A stretch of 64,000 nucleotides of DNA from Paraspadella gotoi (GCA_051294375.1 CM119265.1:26769553-26833552), one strand, 5' to 3'; counted from the stretch's first letter, positions 41,600-55,455 are shown. Program-made: numbers and translations. The notes: generated by a model not told the origin, from the sequence alone.

Positions 41600-44500
41600 A
41601 ACTAATCCTACATCGACGACGCAGTCGAGCAACGCAAACATAACTGCGGGGCCGTGGGCCAAAGCTCATGCTCGCTGATCGCCATCTGGGACTCGCATTT
41701 GCCGACCGCATTCTGACGCCTATGTCCGATCCGCTTCTCCAGTGTTGACCCATCTGACCCATCTTCGACCCTATCTGAACCAGTTGGCACGATCTGATAC
41801 GAGTCTGACTCCTGAGTTTCGGATACCTCACTCTGTCCCATGCCATCTCACGCCCATCGCGAGTGTCTGCCGAACCCACCCGCATCACGCCAAGTGCCGA
41901 GATCCCTGAGTGGAGACGCATTTCCCGAACAAGTGGTCGCGCCGTCTCTTTCTACTCCCCACCTCCCATCGCCCTGACTGCGCTAGGGACTCTCTGTGCG
42001 CCCTGCCTGGCAACCAAGGCCCCATCCTATACCAGAACCTCTGCGTAAGCATCCTCTACGCGCCCTCCTGTACCTTCGACCTCTCCCAGGACTCGTGAGC
42101 CGCGTGACGCTACCCCGCGCCTCCCCCCTCCCCCGTGCCCCCCGCCTCTTGTTTACTCGCACCGGGTCGCTTGATCCTTTCCCGCCTTTCTACCTTACCC
42201 CCGTTCCCCCGACCGCTTCTACTTGGATCTCCTTTCTCTCTTCCCTACCGCCACTCCTTCCCTGCCTCTACCCGCTCTCCCCTCCCTTTCGTTCATACGC
42301 TCTTGTCCCAATCTCCTTCCCAACAACGCAACCCCGCGCCCCCAACAGCCGCGCCCTCAGCGCCCCCTCTCCTGAGCCCCACACACTCCCAGCCCCCTTC
42401 TACCCCATGGAGCCGTTGAAACTTAGGCCCCACAGGATCCTGTCCGGAGCAGCACAGGCCAAATAACCGCCCAGGGGAAGCCTCCACGGAAGGACCGTCC
42501 CCTCACTTTTCCCCCTGCCTCTCCCCTGCTCTTTTCTCTCCTCCTCTCCCTCCTACCCACATTCCGCTCTACCTCACTCATTCAGAGACCTCTCCCACTG
42601 TGCCCTGTAACCCCCCGGCACACCCCCTCCAACCAACTCCCCTCCTCGACCACTCGCCCTCCCCATTAGCTCCACCACGCGTCGCTCACTGCTATCGAAT
42701 TCCTCCTCTCACCCTCCCCTCCTCCTCCGCCGCGTCCCCACTCACCATAGCCCCCTAACCACCCCGCCCTTCCAACGCGTCCTCTCCCTATCCGGCTAGC
42801 GCCGTAGTTGCTGACTGGATCATAAGCCCGGAACACCCCTCTCCAGACGCCTCGTTGACAGGCGTCCGAGCGAACCCGTAATCAGTCAAATCGTGTCGGA
42901 ATCCGACGCCGCGCCCGCACCCGCATCCACGCCTGTAGATGGAACACTCAACGTTACTTGCCAACGCTGCCGTCACCATCACTCTGCTGCGGCGCCGCAG
43001 ATGTCGACGCCACCTCGATTGGAGGAAGCGTCGGGATATACACTTTGAACACTCGTAGAATATAAATGAATATGAATTAGAACAAATGAATTACACAAAA
43101 ACAAAATGCTAGAGCAACTGACTAAACAATGATCCTGCTCTAGACAATATTACAATACAATTACGACAACGATCAGACGCAACGATCTACATTAGAGAAC
43201 TTGTCTGTCTATTTAATATCAAACCATGAATGCACAAAAAAATCAAAAAAAACACAAAAAAAAATAAAAAAAAAGTAATAAGAGAATTGCAAAAAAAGAA
43301 CACTGCAATTCGATAAAAAAAAGATGAAAAAAAAAAAACAAAAAAAAATTAACAAAAAAGCAGCAGAGAGACACAACACAAGAATAATCTCTTATGAAAT
43401 GAAACAAAAAAATAAAACAAAAGAGAAAAAAATTAGCTCTTTAACAAAAAAATAAGAAAAGTGAAGAAAACCTTGTGAACTTTTAAATTTTTCTTTCCTC
43501 AGTTTTTTTTTATTTCCTTCTTTCTTTCCTCCTCTCGTCTCTTACACACACAATAGAAAGACATGCATTCACTGAGCTAAATATACTCACAGAGGACGCT
43601 GCCAGGGGCGAAGCCCGTCTCCCGATGCAATGGAGCCTTCCATTGGTAACTCCCCATAGTAGATCCGATTCCTCACAGTGCCTCCAACAACCGGAGCCGC
43701 CACTCGCTCCACTGCCTGGCCGTCCTCCTCCACCACGATGACCTCCCCGGGCGCCACAACCCGGAGATAGGACATCGAGCCCACGCGGCCACTCCCATCA
43801 GCAACGGCGGTCGCCGGTCCGGTATGAGACGTCCCGGCGTAGCCCTCCTCGCAACTGAAAGAATAAAGAATCAAACATTCCATTCCTTTCTATTACAAGT
43901 TAATCGTTTAGTTACAACACAGTAAGCTAAGTCAAATCTGTGCTGTCACACATTTTCCATATTTATACAAATAAACATAAACGAGCAAAAATAAACAGAC
44001 ATTAAACTACACATATTGAGCATGAAAATAAGTAAAGAAAAATTCCATATTCACACACATTACTATATCCACTTTATTTCACACATTACATACTCCATAT
44101 TTCATCACATATTTACACATTACATTCACATAATTTACACATATATCATATATAAACAAATAACATGACCACCTTGAAACCATTGACTCCAGCAAAGCAA
44201 CGAGCCGGTGATATACCGGCCCGAATCGGGACTGTGAGTTGAGGAAGGCGCTCCTCAGCCCATACCAGTGCCCCATGCCAAGTAGGGCGCTCCCCGATCC
44301 TAATATTTCCAAAATACTCCGCCTCCACCAGACGAAGCAACAAGACCATGTTGGACGGCGCCGCGCCTTGCGCGCCGACCAACGTGGCCAGGAACGCGAG
44401 GACGCCTCGTAGAGAGACGCCCGCCGCCATGGCCGCGCCACAAGCGCACGCATCCGGGGTCAAGTCAGCTGCATCGTCGAGTTCCTGAAAATTAAATTTG

Positions 44501-45067
44501 TTTTCCATTTTACATAAAACCGAACAAGTTCGAAAAGTATTAAAAAGAATTGAAATAGGAATATTTTTTTTTACACTTTACTAAGACAAACTCACCAACT
44601 AAATATCGCAAAAATAAAAAAACAGTAGAATTGATGACAAGTTGAGTTTGGGTTGGGAGAGATGAACGTCTTAGGATGAAGAAATTTTTTTTGGGAAGAA
44701 ATCTTTGAGTAGAGTTGAGCTGAGTGAATCGTTTGTGCTGGAGCAGACAAGTGGACTTTCCTTTCCTGAGATTGAGTGAGAGATGAAGAGCAGTCACATC
44801 CGACGTTAACCCTTGACCAGAAGAGAGATCACTGACCGGGAAGAGGACCACTAGCCTCTCAGTCTCGGCTCTCGACGAGAGACGAGCCCCGCTAATTACT
44901 GATGTAAAAACACTTAAATCTAAATACTGCCGCCGATCGAACCCGATCACTAATCGAGATGAGGAAGACTGCGCACTGCGACATAGCGAAGAAGAAGAGC
45001 GAGACGAAGAAGAGGATTCCGACGAGAAGTCGAGCCGCCGAGGAAAATCGAATTGAATCGCTGCCAT
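41600..45067 (-). other. Spliced GC-rich gene-like unit of unknown product, probably element-borne, with indel noise
   Basis: GC-rich blocks at about 44596-45067, 44170-44484, 43591-43854 and 41600-43050, separated by A-rich spacers; acceptors tttcAG (44485, 43855) and donors GTGAGT (44595, 43590). Phases do not join cleanly. Confidence 0.45.
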
Positions 45068-45617
45068 GACAACGAATAAACAACTAAGCGAGAAAAGAAG
45101 ACTGCGCAAAACTAGCAATTAGGACACTGTAAACACTATACTATACTATACTATACGACGCACTCGTACCGTAGTAGTGGTCACCCCCCCCACCATTCCA
45201 AATTTTTCCTCCACTTTTTCTCCATTGGTCTAGATAACTGTAAATTCATACGACGATGTATTTCGTTAAGTTAATATGTGGCTCCCATTGTCCATTAGGT
45301 GAAATTTGAAAAATAAACATTGCAAACTATAGAGCTGTAAAAAGAAATTGCCGACTGAAGATAAAAAGGGCGAGTGCCACGCCACCTCCAATTCCTTTCT
45401 TTCACCACATACCCCCCATCACCTTTTCTTTTCCATCCGCGCTGGCCTCCTTTCCCATGGCCGCGCAAGCTCACATTTAGGGATCGCACATTGCGTAAAT
45501 ACTTCCATATTGGTTTCCCATATTATCTCCATAACCTCTCCAGCACTGAAACACTCACCACGACATACCCGTGGTCCAGTTGTAATCCATACACTTTGCA
45601 CTAACAAAACGTGCAAG

Positions 45618-46208
45618 ATGCCACGAACCCAGCTTCCCCTCCTTATCCCCCTTTTCTCCCTCATTTCAACCAATCCCACGGCCGCTTTTTCGGGCTTTGA
45701 CTGCCCCGACCGCCGCACGACGATCCTAAGCACTGAGCAAACAGAAAAATTGATAACGAAGGATCCAAAAGAATTCAAATTCATACTACGGGAACACACT
45801 TTCCAAGCCATATGACAAGCCGACATTGCTTACATGCTGTTGTCAAAACACGGCTTCGTATCACTAAACAAAGTAGATTCGAAATCTGACAAAGGCCTGG
45901 TAGCCGCGGTGGTCAATGACAAGGCGCTTTGCTTGCAATGTCACGAGACCGCGATAGCCCCGATACATCAAGAAGGGGAGTGCTACCAAAATCCCCCCAT
46001 AGACTACCAAATGGCAAGGGAAATTCCTTTGCAACCCCCAACCACTCTGCTTGCTACAGCCCAAAGATAGATACACATCCACATGAGAGTGACCACACAC
46101 TAGAACGCGGGCTTACTTTACAATACACTTCAAAACAATTACTTTACATATATCAGCGCCTATTACTCCCAGGGATGCTGGAGGCGATGAATATGCCCCG
46201 CCTCCACT
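45618..46208 (+). pseudogene. Env/chuvirus-glycoprotein-like degenerate ORF
   Basis: Signal-peptide-like MPRTQLPLLIPLFSLISTNPTAAFS-GFDC; in-frame TGA at 45813; same frame continues ...GLVAAVVNDKALCLQCHETAIAPIHQEGECYQNPPIDY...LQPPTTLL. Recalls chuvirus-type G motifs (GYDC; C..V......ECY.ELPV.Y....FL.P.T.IL). Runs into an N gap. Confidence 0.45.
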
Positions 46209-47619
46209 NNNNNNNNNNNNNNNNNNNNNNNNNNNNNNNNNNNNNNNNNNNNNNNNNNNNNNNNNNNNNNNNNNNNNNNNNNNNNNNNNNNNNNNNNNNN
46301 NNNNNNNNNNNNNNNNNNNNNNNNNNNNNNNNNNNNNNNNNNNNNNNNNNNNNNNNNNNNNNNNNNNNNNNNNNNNNNNNNNNNNNNNNNNNNNNNNNNN
46401 NNNNNNNNNNNNNNNNNNNNNNNNNNNNNNNNNNNNNNNNNNNNNNNNNNNNNNNNNNNNNNNNNNNNNNNNNNNNNNNNNNNNNNNNNNATTTCGCCTC
46501 CCCTAACGCCTCCCTAAGCTTTTTTTAAGCTAAAAAAGGTTTTACGCACAATAGCGTCACTAAATTGTTATTATTTGATTGATTGCTATAATTAATTGAT
46601 GATGATTTCTTCAATATTATTGTTTGTTATAATTGACTGTATTTGACTAATGATTATTGATAATAGTATAATAGTATAATAATAAACACATTATTTAGTT
46701 ATTCAAAAATCTCTCATTTTTCCTTTCTCCATTTTTCTATCTCTTGCTTTCTTTCTCTGTCTTTAAAAAAGAAATAAATAAATAAAATATGAATGAATGA
46801 AATGAAAAAAATGAAAAAAATATTTTAAAAACGAGTGAATGAAAAGNNNNNNNNNNNNNNNNNNNNNNNNNNNNNNNNNNNNNNNNNNNNNNNNNNNNNN
46901 NNNNNNNNNNNNNNNNNNNNNNNNNNNNNNNNNNNNNNNNNNNNNNNNNNNNNNNNNNNNNNNNNNNNNNNNNNNNNNNNNNNNNNNNNNNNNNNNNNNN
47001 NNNNNNNNNNNNNNNNNNNNNNNNNNNNNNNNNNNNNNNNNNNNNNNNNNNNNNNNNNNNNNNNNNNNNNNNNNNNNNNNNNNNNNNNNNNCAGTGGGTC
47101 TGGCAGGTAGGTTGGTTTAACCGGCCCATCAATCTTTAGCAAGAACCGTTCCGGCTAGGGCTAAAATTTGGGACATTAAGTAATTGGCGGTCCAAGCTAA
47201 GGGTGTAGATACATAGGAATGGGTTGTCAAACAGACATAACGTGGATATTTTCACGATCAACATGACAGCTCCATATTTTAATAAAATGCCTAACTGCAA
47301 AGCATATAGTTACGAGTAATAATGATTTATAAGCCTTTCAATATACGAATTATAATTAATTTTCTTCAAACTTCATTAAAATACTTTCGAAAAATATCTA
47401 TGATCCACAATGTAACAACACGTGTTAATTAATAATTGATAAGGTTGATCTATAAAAAGTACAACACTGTTATTCCAAAATTCAAAACAATTTTGAAAAA
47501 GGAAACATGAGGAGCAATTATGCTAGCAAAAGAGTACTTCATATAATAATTTCAGTGTAAATTTTCAAACACATAAAATCTATAGTAGCGGGTTTAGTTC
47601 TAAGAAATATAAGTCATGC

Positions 47620-48646
47620 TAAGAAAATTAATGCTGCGGCCAATTCCGGAACCATTCTAGCCGGTTTTCATATCAGAAGAATTTAGCCTTAGATGAGAAA
47701 ATATTTCTCTTGCTACGGAAATTTGTGAGTGCCTGTTCGGGAGATGAGCAAACTATCGCGTCGACAGGTTGTAGGAATTTTGGGAATAGAAGAACAGATC
47801 TATGTCTCAAGACGCTTGAGCCTATTGACTCTCTTTATCTTTGTTCGGTTTCTGTGCAGAACCTTAATTTAAAATGCTACGAAAACACTATCGGCAATCC
47901 TGGAAGTTTTCGATGTTTCCCAGTGAATTAAGATAAGATTCAACTCCTGATTTCCGTGCCATTGCTTCCCTGACTTTGTTCTTGCTGCAGTAAAATGCAA
48001 TGAATCGGTCGAAGTATAATGAGCTAACTCATCTCCCACCGCAGAAGTGGATTGCTCTCAGAATTTTTGCTTTGTGGTCGTTTTGCGCGGCGCTGGTGAG
48101 TAAGGGAGACGAGAGGCGCGGATCGATCTCAAGCGGCAGCAACGAAGACATCATGTTTCGAAGTTTTTTTCTCTCCGCGTTTCGATCGCACGTGGCGACT
48201 TCCAAGAGCCCAGTTGTTTTGCCACCTTTTTTTAAATAAAAGCAACTTCCTCGCATTCGAGAAGGCATTTCACCTGGTGTAACAGGCTCTCTTTTTCTTT
48301 TTGAGAGCAGTAAGTGAGGCTTTTTTGAGGAATCTCAAGGACCGCTACTAAGCTCTCAGCTCATCCCCACTCACGATCGCTAAGATGAAACTTCCTGCAC
48401 TGCCAAGTCCTTGATGTAGTCCTTGAGCTCAAGAATCCGTTTAGGCCATTAAAAGTTTTACTTCCCCAGCGGGTTTTGTTCAACATTAATTGCCCCTTTG
48501 CCGCTGCGTCTTTATAAGAATCGAATCCATGTTCGGTGCACGCAAGCTTTTTGAGCGACATATTGAAGCTTTCCTATGAAAGCCGCAGGGCGGCCACTTT
48601 TATTGCATCTTCTACTGCATATGAAGAGTATGGGGGCAGCATGAAT
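47620..48646 (-). mobile_element. hAT-family transposase, C-terminal part, heavily frameshifted
   Basis: Remnant CxxH-T-L motif after acceptor ttacAG, NKTRWGS, TPGECLL, DPR, and a dimerisation-domain-like end (...PELAAALIFL). Confidence 0.72.
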
Positions 48647-50176
48647 CTGTAAAGAGATTGCAAATTATTTTGTATATAAAGAAGAAGAAAATAATAAAAT
48701 TAACAAAGAAATGCTCGACGGTAAAATACAAAATTTATATATATACATATGTATTGGGCAACAGAAACAATAATAGAAAAGATAAAAATATATATATAAA
48801 AAAAAAGAGAAAGCAAGAAAGATAGAAAGATTACAAAAACAAGATGTAAAAAGTGAAAAAAGACGTACATATGTAAAGTGCTGTTTGATTCCAACGACCG
48901 CATTGCTTTTGTGAAAGAAAAAAAAAGATAAAAGAAATAAGTAAAGAAAGAAAGATAGAGATAAAAAAGTAAAGAAAGAAAGAAAAAAAAAGAAAGAAAG
49001 AAATAAAGAAGTAAAGAAAGAACGAATAAATGAATGAAAGAAAGAAAGAAAGAAAGAAAGAGAGAAATAAAGAGAGAAATAAAGAAGTAAAGAAGAAAAG
49101 AAATAAAAAAGTAAAGAAATAAAGAAAGAACGAATGAATGAATGAAAGAAAAAGAAAAAAAAAGGAAAAGTAGAAAAACAGAGAGAGTAAGAGCGGGAGG
49201 AAAAGAGCAGGGAAAGTACGAAAGAGAAAAGAATTGGGGATGACTTATTGATTTTAATAAATTAGCAATAAATGAACAGAAAAAATGAATTAAATGATGC
49301 ATGAATGTAATGAATAAATTAATAAAATTCAAACAAATAAATACATTTTAGGATTAAATGAATGTTTAGAATAAATGAATTTAGTACTATATTAAGTGGG
49401 GGAGATAAATTTCAAAATTTTTATGAGGAAAAAAAAATAAAAAAGCAGACCACAAAAAAGATAGCGACGATGAAGGAACCAAGGAAGAAGACAATAGAGG
49501 TAGCAAAAATATTAAAATCAAGTAGAATCAAATTCTAAATAGAAGATCACGAAAAGCTGTTGTTTTATTTTTCAATTTTCGCATTAGCCCATTCATAGTA
49601 CTCCACGATAGAAAAGGTTAAAATTTTAAATATTTTTTTTCTTATTTAAAACAGATTCGAAATCCTCATGAAAAATTAAAAACAATTTTTTATATATAAT
49701 GTTCTTTAGTCCAAGACTGTTCATGATCAACTATTAGAATTTTCTGCACTTTCACTATATTAGACAATAATTATGGGACGGAGGGAAGGAGAAAGGAGAA
49801 AAACAAGTGAAAGAGAGAAAGAAAGAGAAGATTTTATAAGTCAAATAAAGGTCTATGACAAACTTCATATGAATCTAGTTTGAAAGATTATCATGATGAC
49901 GACGATAACATTTCTTACGGGATTGCGTCCCATAAATTTCTAAATAAGAAGAGAGAAAAAGACGAAACAAGTTTGAGCAAACAATGTTGGATTTGCACAC
50001 AATAATTTAGCGGTAAGCAGCTTATTAGATGTCTGTCTTTCTTTCTTCCTTTCTTTTTTATTTCTTTCTTAAATAGATAAAAACTATCGATCATACAGCG
50101 ATAAAACAATTACCATTTCGGCTCGTTAAAACTCACCATCATGTTAATCAGCAATCAGCTATTCAATCATATTATC

Positions 50177-50215
<39 letters not shown>

Positions 50216-51235
50216 CATAAAAAAATTCAAGTGAATGTGACTTTACTTTTTTCCATTTCCCCTCACACGATTTCATTGAAACTTTATAACTAGCTTAATC
50301 AAACATTTTCCTTACAACATACAAATTTTTATTTCGATTTATCAATCTTATTTTTGATAATTTTAACATTTATGAGTAAACATTAGTAAAAAAAAGATTC
50401 ATGTCAATTTGACTTTGTTTTAATGAATGCAAAATTGTCACTTCCCGATAGTTACTTCCCGAAGCGGTGATAGTGATTCATTAAAGCAATGTAATTCATT
50501 TATTCATGAGATGATTGTCATTCATTGATGTGATGATAGTCATTCATTCATACAATAACATCCATTAATTAAAGCAATAATCATTCTTTGATTGATAAGA
50601 TTGATAAGTTTGATTAAAAAGATGACAGTCATTAATTAATGCAATCATAGTCATTACTGTAATCAAATTCAATCATAAATACAATAATAGTAAATCAGTG
50701 ATGCAATGATGAAAATTCATTGGTGCGATGATAATCAATCATTGATATAAATATGATGATAATTATTCATTGACGCCAAGATAAACCTTTATTCAATAAT
50801 AAATCGATAAAAGAATATCAATCATTCATTCAATCAATTGATCATTCAACCAATTAATCATTTTATAAACGCTAAATTGTTGTGTGCATATCTAGAGAGA
50901 AAATAAATTTAAAATTTGATACAAAAATTCAAGTAAATGTGACTTTTTTTTCTATTAAACCAATTTCTGGGTCATGTGATCACTTGACTGCACAAGTATG
51001 AATTAAACAAATGAAGTTTTACCCGACTTATGAGTATTTTTAACGTAAGTTGGAAAGATCAATGGACAGACAGACATACTGACAGACATAGAGACTGACA
51101 GAAATAGCGTCCAACCAACCGTAAAGTCGTTTTTTAGTTGCTTTGTGTGTACTCAAGGCGCAACTAAAAAGATAGTGATTTATTTACTCTAAAAACAAAT
51201 AAGGAAATTTGAATTTAAAAAATAAATATGCTGAC

Positions 51236-52130
51236 CTCATGTGTGAATGGATGAATCCATAATCGGAAATTGAGCTTCCTCAAGTTCGATTTCATTGACA
51301 TCATCATCATCTTCATCTTCTTCAGTGACATCTTCATCATTCCCGACTTGATCCTTCTTTGTTTTAGTAGTTCGATGGTCTTTGTCATGTTTGAAGCATT
51401 ATCCCCGATGCAGGACAAAACATGGGAAAGTGGAAGTTCATATCGCCCTCATTACTGTTTGAACAAACTCCTTTAAGTGTTGGCTGTCGTGGTGAGCCAT
51501 AGTGTCAATGAGCGCAAGAGTTTTGATCTGCACTCCTGTGTCAGACCAGTACTGGACTGTTACGCCCAGAAAGTGCGAACGAAGGCGTGTAACTCCGTCG
51601 AATTGAGAAAGAAAAAATTTCCCTTCATTTCTTTAGCCAACTTTTCTTTTTCAACCGCAACCCGGTCAAAAAGTAAATTGCGAATAGAATCGCGATTCAG
51701 ATTCACACCGAGTTTCTTCAGCCAGTGCCCCGTTGAGCAATTTAAAACCAGTCCCAGAAAAAAAAGTAAATGGAACTCCATCGTACGCAGCCATTTTCAG
51801 AATTGCAGACTCAAATTTAGTTTTTGTAATGGACATCGTAGCCGCGGCTGAAGAATTTGGCAAAAAACGAGTCATTGTGGTCTGTCGTTTTACTTGCTCT
51901 GATTGTTTGAACGATTTGTCTTTCTCTTCCACTAATTCAAACTCCTTTGGATGACAGCGCTTTAAATGGCGTTTGAGATTTCCTGAAGAAGCGCCGCCAG
52001 ATTTACAAGAGTACAATTGTTGTACTGCATTGCTTGTCGTTTTTCTCGATGTTGCACTTGAAACTTTCTGCCTCTTCAATAAAAAAGTTATATACAGAAG
52101 ATGTTCGTCTTTTACTAGACATGATCCTCT
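51236..52130 (-). mobile_element. hAT-family transposase, N-terminal part (BED zinc finger remnant and catalytic region), frameshifted
   Basis: SGNLKRHLKRCHPKEF (BED finger end), DGVPFTFF...GFKLL, KLGVNLNRDSIR, F-D-G-V-T-R, TLALID, SCIGDNASNMTKT (hAT DNASN motif), ending ...HM R|gtcag. Confidence 0.85.
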
Positions 52131-54268
52131 ATTGATTTTACAATTATTACACGTAGATGGTCTAATTAAAAAAAATAAAAATATTTAAAAATTTTTAATA
52201 AGTCTCGAAATTATTCTCATGTAATAAAAAAACACTTTTTTTTCTGGAAAGAGAAAGCAAAGAAAACTGTTTTGTTCGCGAGATTGAAAAAAAATTTTCA
52301 AACTGAGAATATTGTCAAGTTTCAATTTGGCGAAAGCGGAACGATGCTGATGAAAATACTTTCAATCACGTCTTCCATTATCTGCTGACTCATTCTCGAT
52401 TAAAGATGCTTAAATGCAGCGCTCTCATTATTCGGATTTGAAATAAACATATGAACAAGGAGGCGAACGCGCAAAGTATTTAACTTCTCCGAGTTCGCCT
52501 CCATAGTCCTCAATTTTTGACTGTAGTCCGATTTCGCCACCTCAAAAAACATGCGCCTCCGCGCGTTTCCATTCCGCCTCCCGGATCGCGTCTGCATCTC
52601 TGGTCACAACCGCCACTCGCCCTTCACCACTCGCCCTTCACCATTTGCCACTCACCACACGCAATTAGCCACGCCCACCTGAGCGTCAGCATCGCGCGTC
52701 GTAATTGTGGTCGTCATTTGTTAATTCATTTCGCGCGAGAAGATGTGATCATTGTTGTCTTCGCCGTGATCGTTTTGGTCTTCGTCATCGTCTTCGTTGC
52801 TGTCTTCGCCGTGGTCGTTTTCGTCTTCGTCATTCTCTTCGCCGTGATCGTCGTCGTCTTCGCCGTGATCGTTTTGGTCTTCGTCATTCTCTTCGTCGTG
52901 GTCATCATCATGATTAATGTCGTCTTCGCCATAATCAATTGATCATCATACTCTTCTTTATTTTCGTCGCCGTCGCAAATGTCTGCGTCGTCGTTGTTGT
53001 CTTTGTCAGTTCACGTTATCATTACTATCTCTTGTCATTATTTGTTTAATATCGAACATCGATAGTCATTCACTGACATTCGTCATCGTCGTCGTCATTG
53101 TCTTGTCTTCGTCGTTGTCTTCGTCTTCATCGCTGTATTCATCTTTTTCTCGTCTTCCTCGTTGTCTTCGTCATCGTCGTCGTCGTCGTCATCGTCGTCG
53201 TCGTCGTTGTTGACGTCGTAAAGCTTTATTTGCATTTACAAGAGAGACGCGTAGCGCGTTACGCTTAATTCCTCGCGACGTTTAAATCGAGAATAACAAA
53301 AGGGAATGAAGATTGACGCTCGATCGTTAAATGAGAAATGATAAAGGCAAAAGTCAAGAAAAAATTATGACAAACGATAGATAAATGATGACAAAGGCCG
53401 AAATAGTGATAAAACAAGAAGGGTAATTCCAATGAGTTGCGCCGCAGTGATTTTATTTTTGCATATATTTCCCTTTGATCATATGATATGACATTGCATG
53501 ACATAACATGACTACAATAACTTTCTTAGCCCGTGGATTTATGACATGCACTGCATCAAACATTCAGAGGCATCGCTTGCAGTCCCTTATATTTGAGGTT
53601 TTTTTCTGTCTTAACAAATGAGCAACTAACAATAGGCAAATAATATGCATTTTTAATATAAGTAGGATAGACCGAGGGAGAGATATACCGACCGACAGAC
53701 CGATGGACCGACCGACAGACCGACCGAAAAGTGACTTATAGAGTGCTCCGCGAGTACTCGAAACCAAAATGACCAAATCAGCGCCGCTTAGTCTCCTTTG
53801 GGGGAAAAGAAAGAAATAATTAAAAAAGTTGAAAAAACCAAGAACGGTAATTCCAATGTGTAGCACCGGCAGTGACTTATATTTTCACATTTAATAGAGA
53901 CATGCCATGACATGACATGACTAAAAAACTGTCTTTGCCCGTGTATTAATGACATACACTGTATTAAAATTACGTCTTTTATTCTTACAGTTTTAGGAAT
54001 TCTTAAGGCGGCGCTACTATGTTTTTTTAAAAATTCTAAGCTCGATTTTTAATAAAAACGCATCTACGCTTAAGATATTTTTTTTTATTCACGATGAATT
54101 TTTTCATCTCTTCTTCTTTTCGATTCTCTCTCCGTCACTACCTCTCATCGTTGAAGCGAAAAGAAAGAGGGAGACAGAGAAATATGAGAGAGGAATAGGG
54201 AGACAGCGTCGGCGAAGTTGCGTCGCAATTTCGACGGACGCAACAGAAGTTGACAGAAACGCCAAGCG

Positions 54269-54350
<82 letters not shown>

Positions 54351-55404
54351 AAGTGGTTGCCGCTGGTTTCGTGATTCTGTATCAGCAAATTTCCCCGAAG
54401 AGTTGAAGAGAGGCGAAAGAAAAAAGAAAAAAAAAGAAAAAAGAAAGAAGGAAAGTTTCTTTTTTTCCTCTTCTTTATGGGTTCGAACTCTTCTCTTTTT
54501 AAAAGATATGATTTAAATGGATATGATGTGATATGATACGGTATGATATGAGAAGATATGAGAAGATATGATAAAGTCTTTTTTTTAATTTATAAGGCTT
54601 TTTTATTTTGAAAGTAATTATTTTTTTTTTTTTCGATTTCGGGAGAAACTTTAAGCTACTTCCCCCCCCAAAAAAAAATAACGATTTTTTTATTCCTCGA
54701 TTCGGTTTGCCGACGACCTCAATGAAATTTGGGACCGAAATTAATGAAAAAACAAAAAATGCGGAAACAAAAGAATGAAAGAAAGAAATAAAAGAGAAAG
54801 AAACATTGAAAACCGGGTGGCGTTTCAGGGGCGGATCGGGGGGGAGGTAAGGCGAGGTGGGGCCGTGGGGGAGGCGGGGGTGAGGGGGTGCGAAGTCCCT
54901 GGCGTATCGGGTGCGTGGGGGGTGTGGCGAAATCAAACGTCGAAAGAAATGAAGTCAAAAGTCAAAAAAAGGAAAATAATTTCCGAGGGCGTCTTTACAA
55001 ACGTCTCCCTCTCTCTCTCTCATCTCTCTCACTACTCTCTCTCTCTCGTTTTCTCTCTTCTCTTCCTGCTGCTTCTCTTCTCTCTCTTCTCTCTCTCTCT
55101 GTCAAACGAGAAGTAGAAATATGAAAACATTTATCCAAAAAAATAGCAAACTAATAAAAAACAAAAAATTTAAATGTATGAATTCAAAATTTTTTTTTTT
55201 CCTAGGATTTTTGAGTGTTATGATTCGTATACAAATAATCATTAACAATTAAATATCCAACTATATACATTTAACCTTTCAAACACTTTAATTAGAAGAG
55301 ACGTTTGAAATGTTTTTATACACAACGATTTTTTTTTTATTTCATAAGAATGACAACTTTATGTTTGCAACGTCAATTGTCTAATGATCAATATTTTCAA
55401 TAAA

Positions 55405-55455
55405 GAAACTTACAATGTTTTCGAGCTTATTTGAGAGCCTTCATCAGCGTTAAAG
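55405..55455 (-). ncRNA. Candidate degenerate minimal hammerhead ribozyme (Penelope-type)
   Basis: Minus strand reads CTGATGA-aggct-ctcaaata-agctc-GAAA-acattGTA. Core order is correct but stem I is weak. Confidence 0.35.

Noticed and set aside
50137-50175. Small AG/GT-bounded segment inside the hAT intron
   Set aside because: Stops in all three frames.
52705-53220. Hydrophobic or acidic ORFs (VIVVVFAV... / TKTKT...)
   Set aside because: Degenerate (GTC/TTC)n trinucleotide repeat region.
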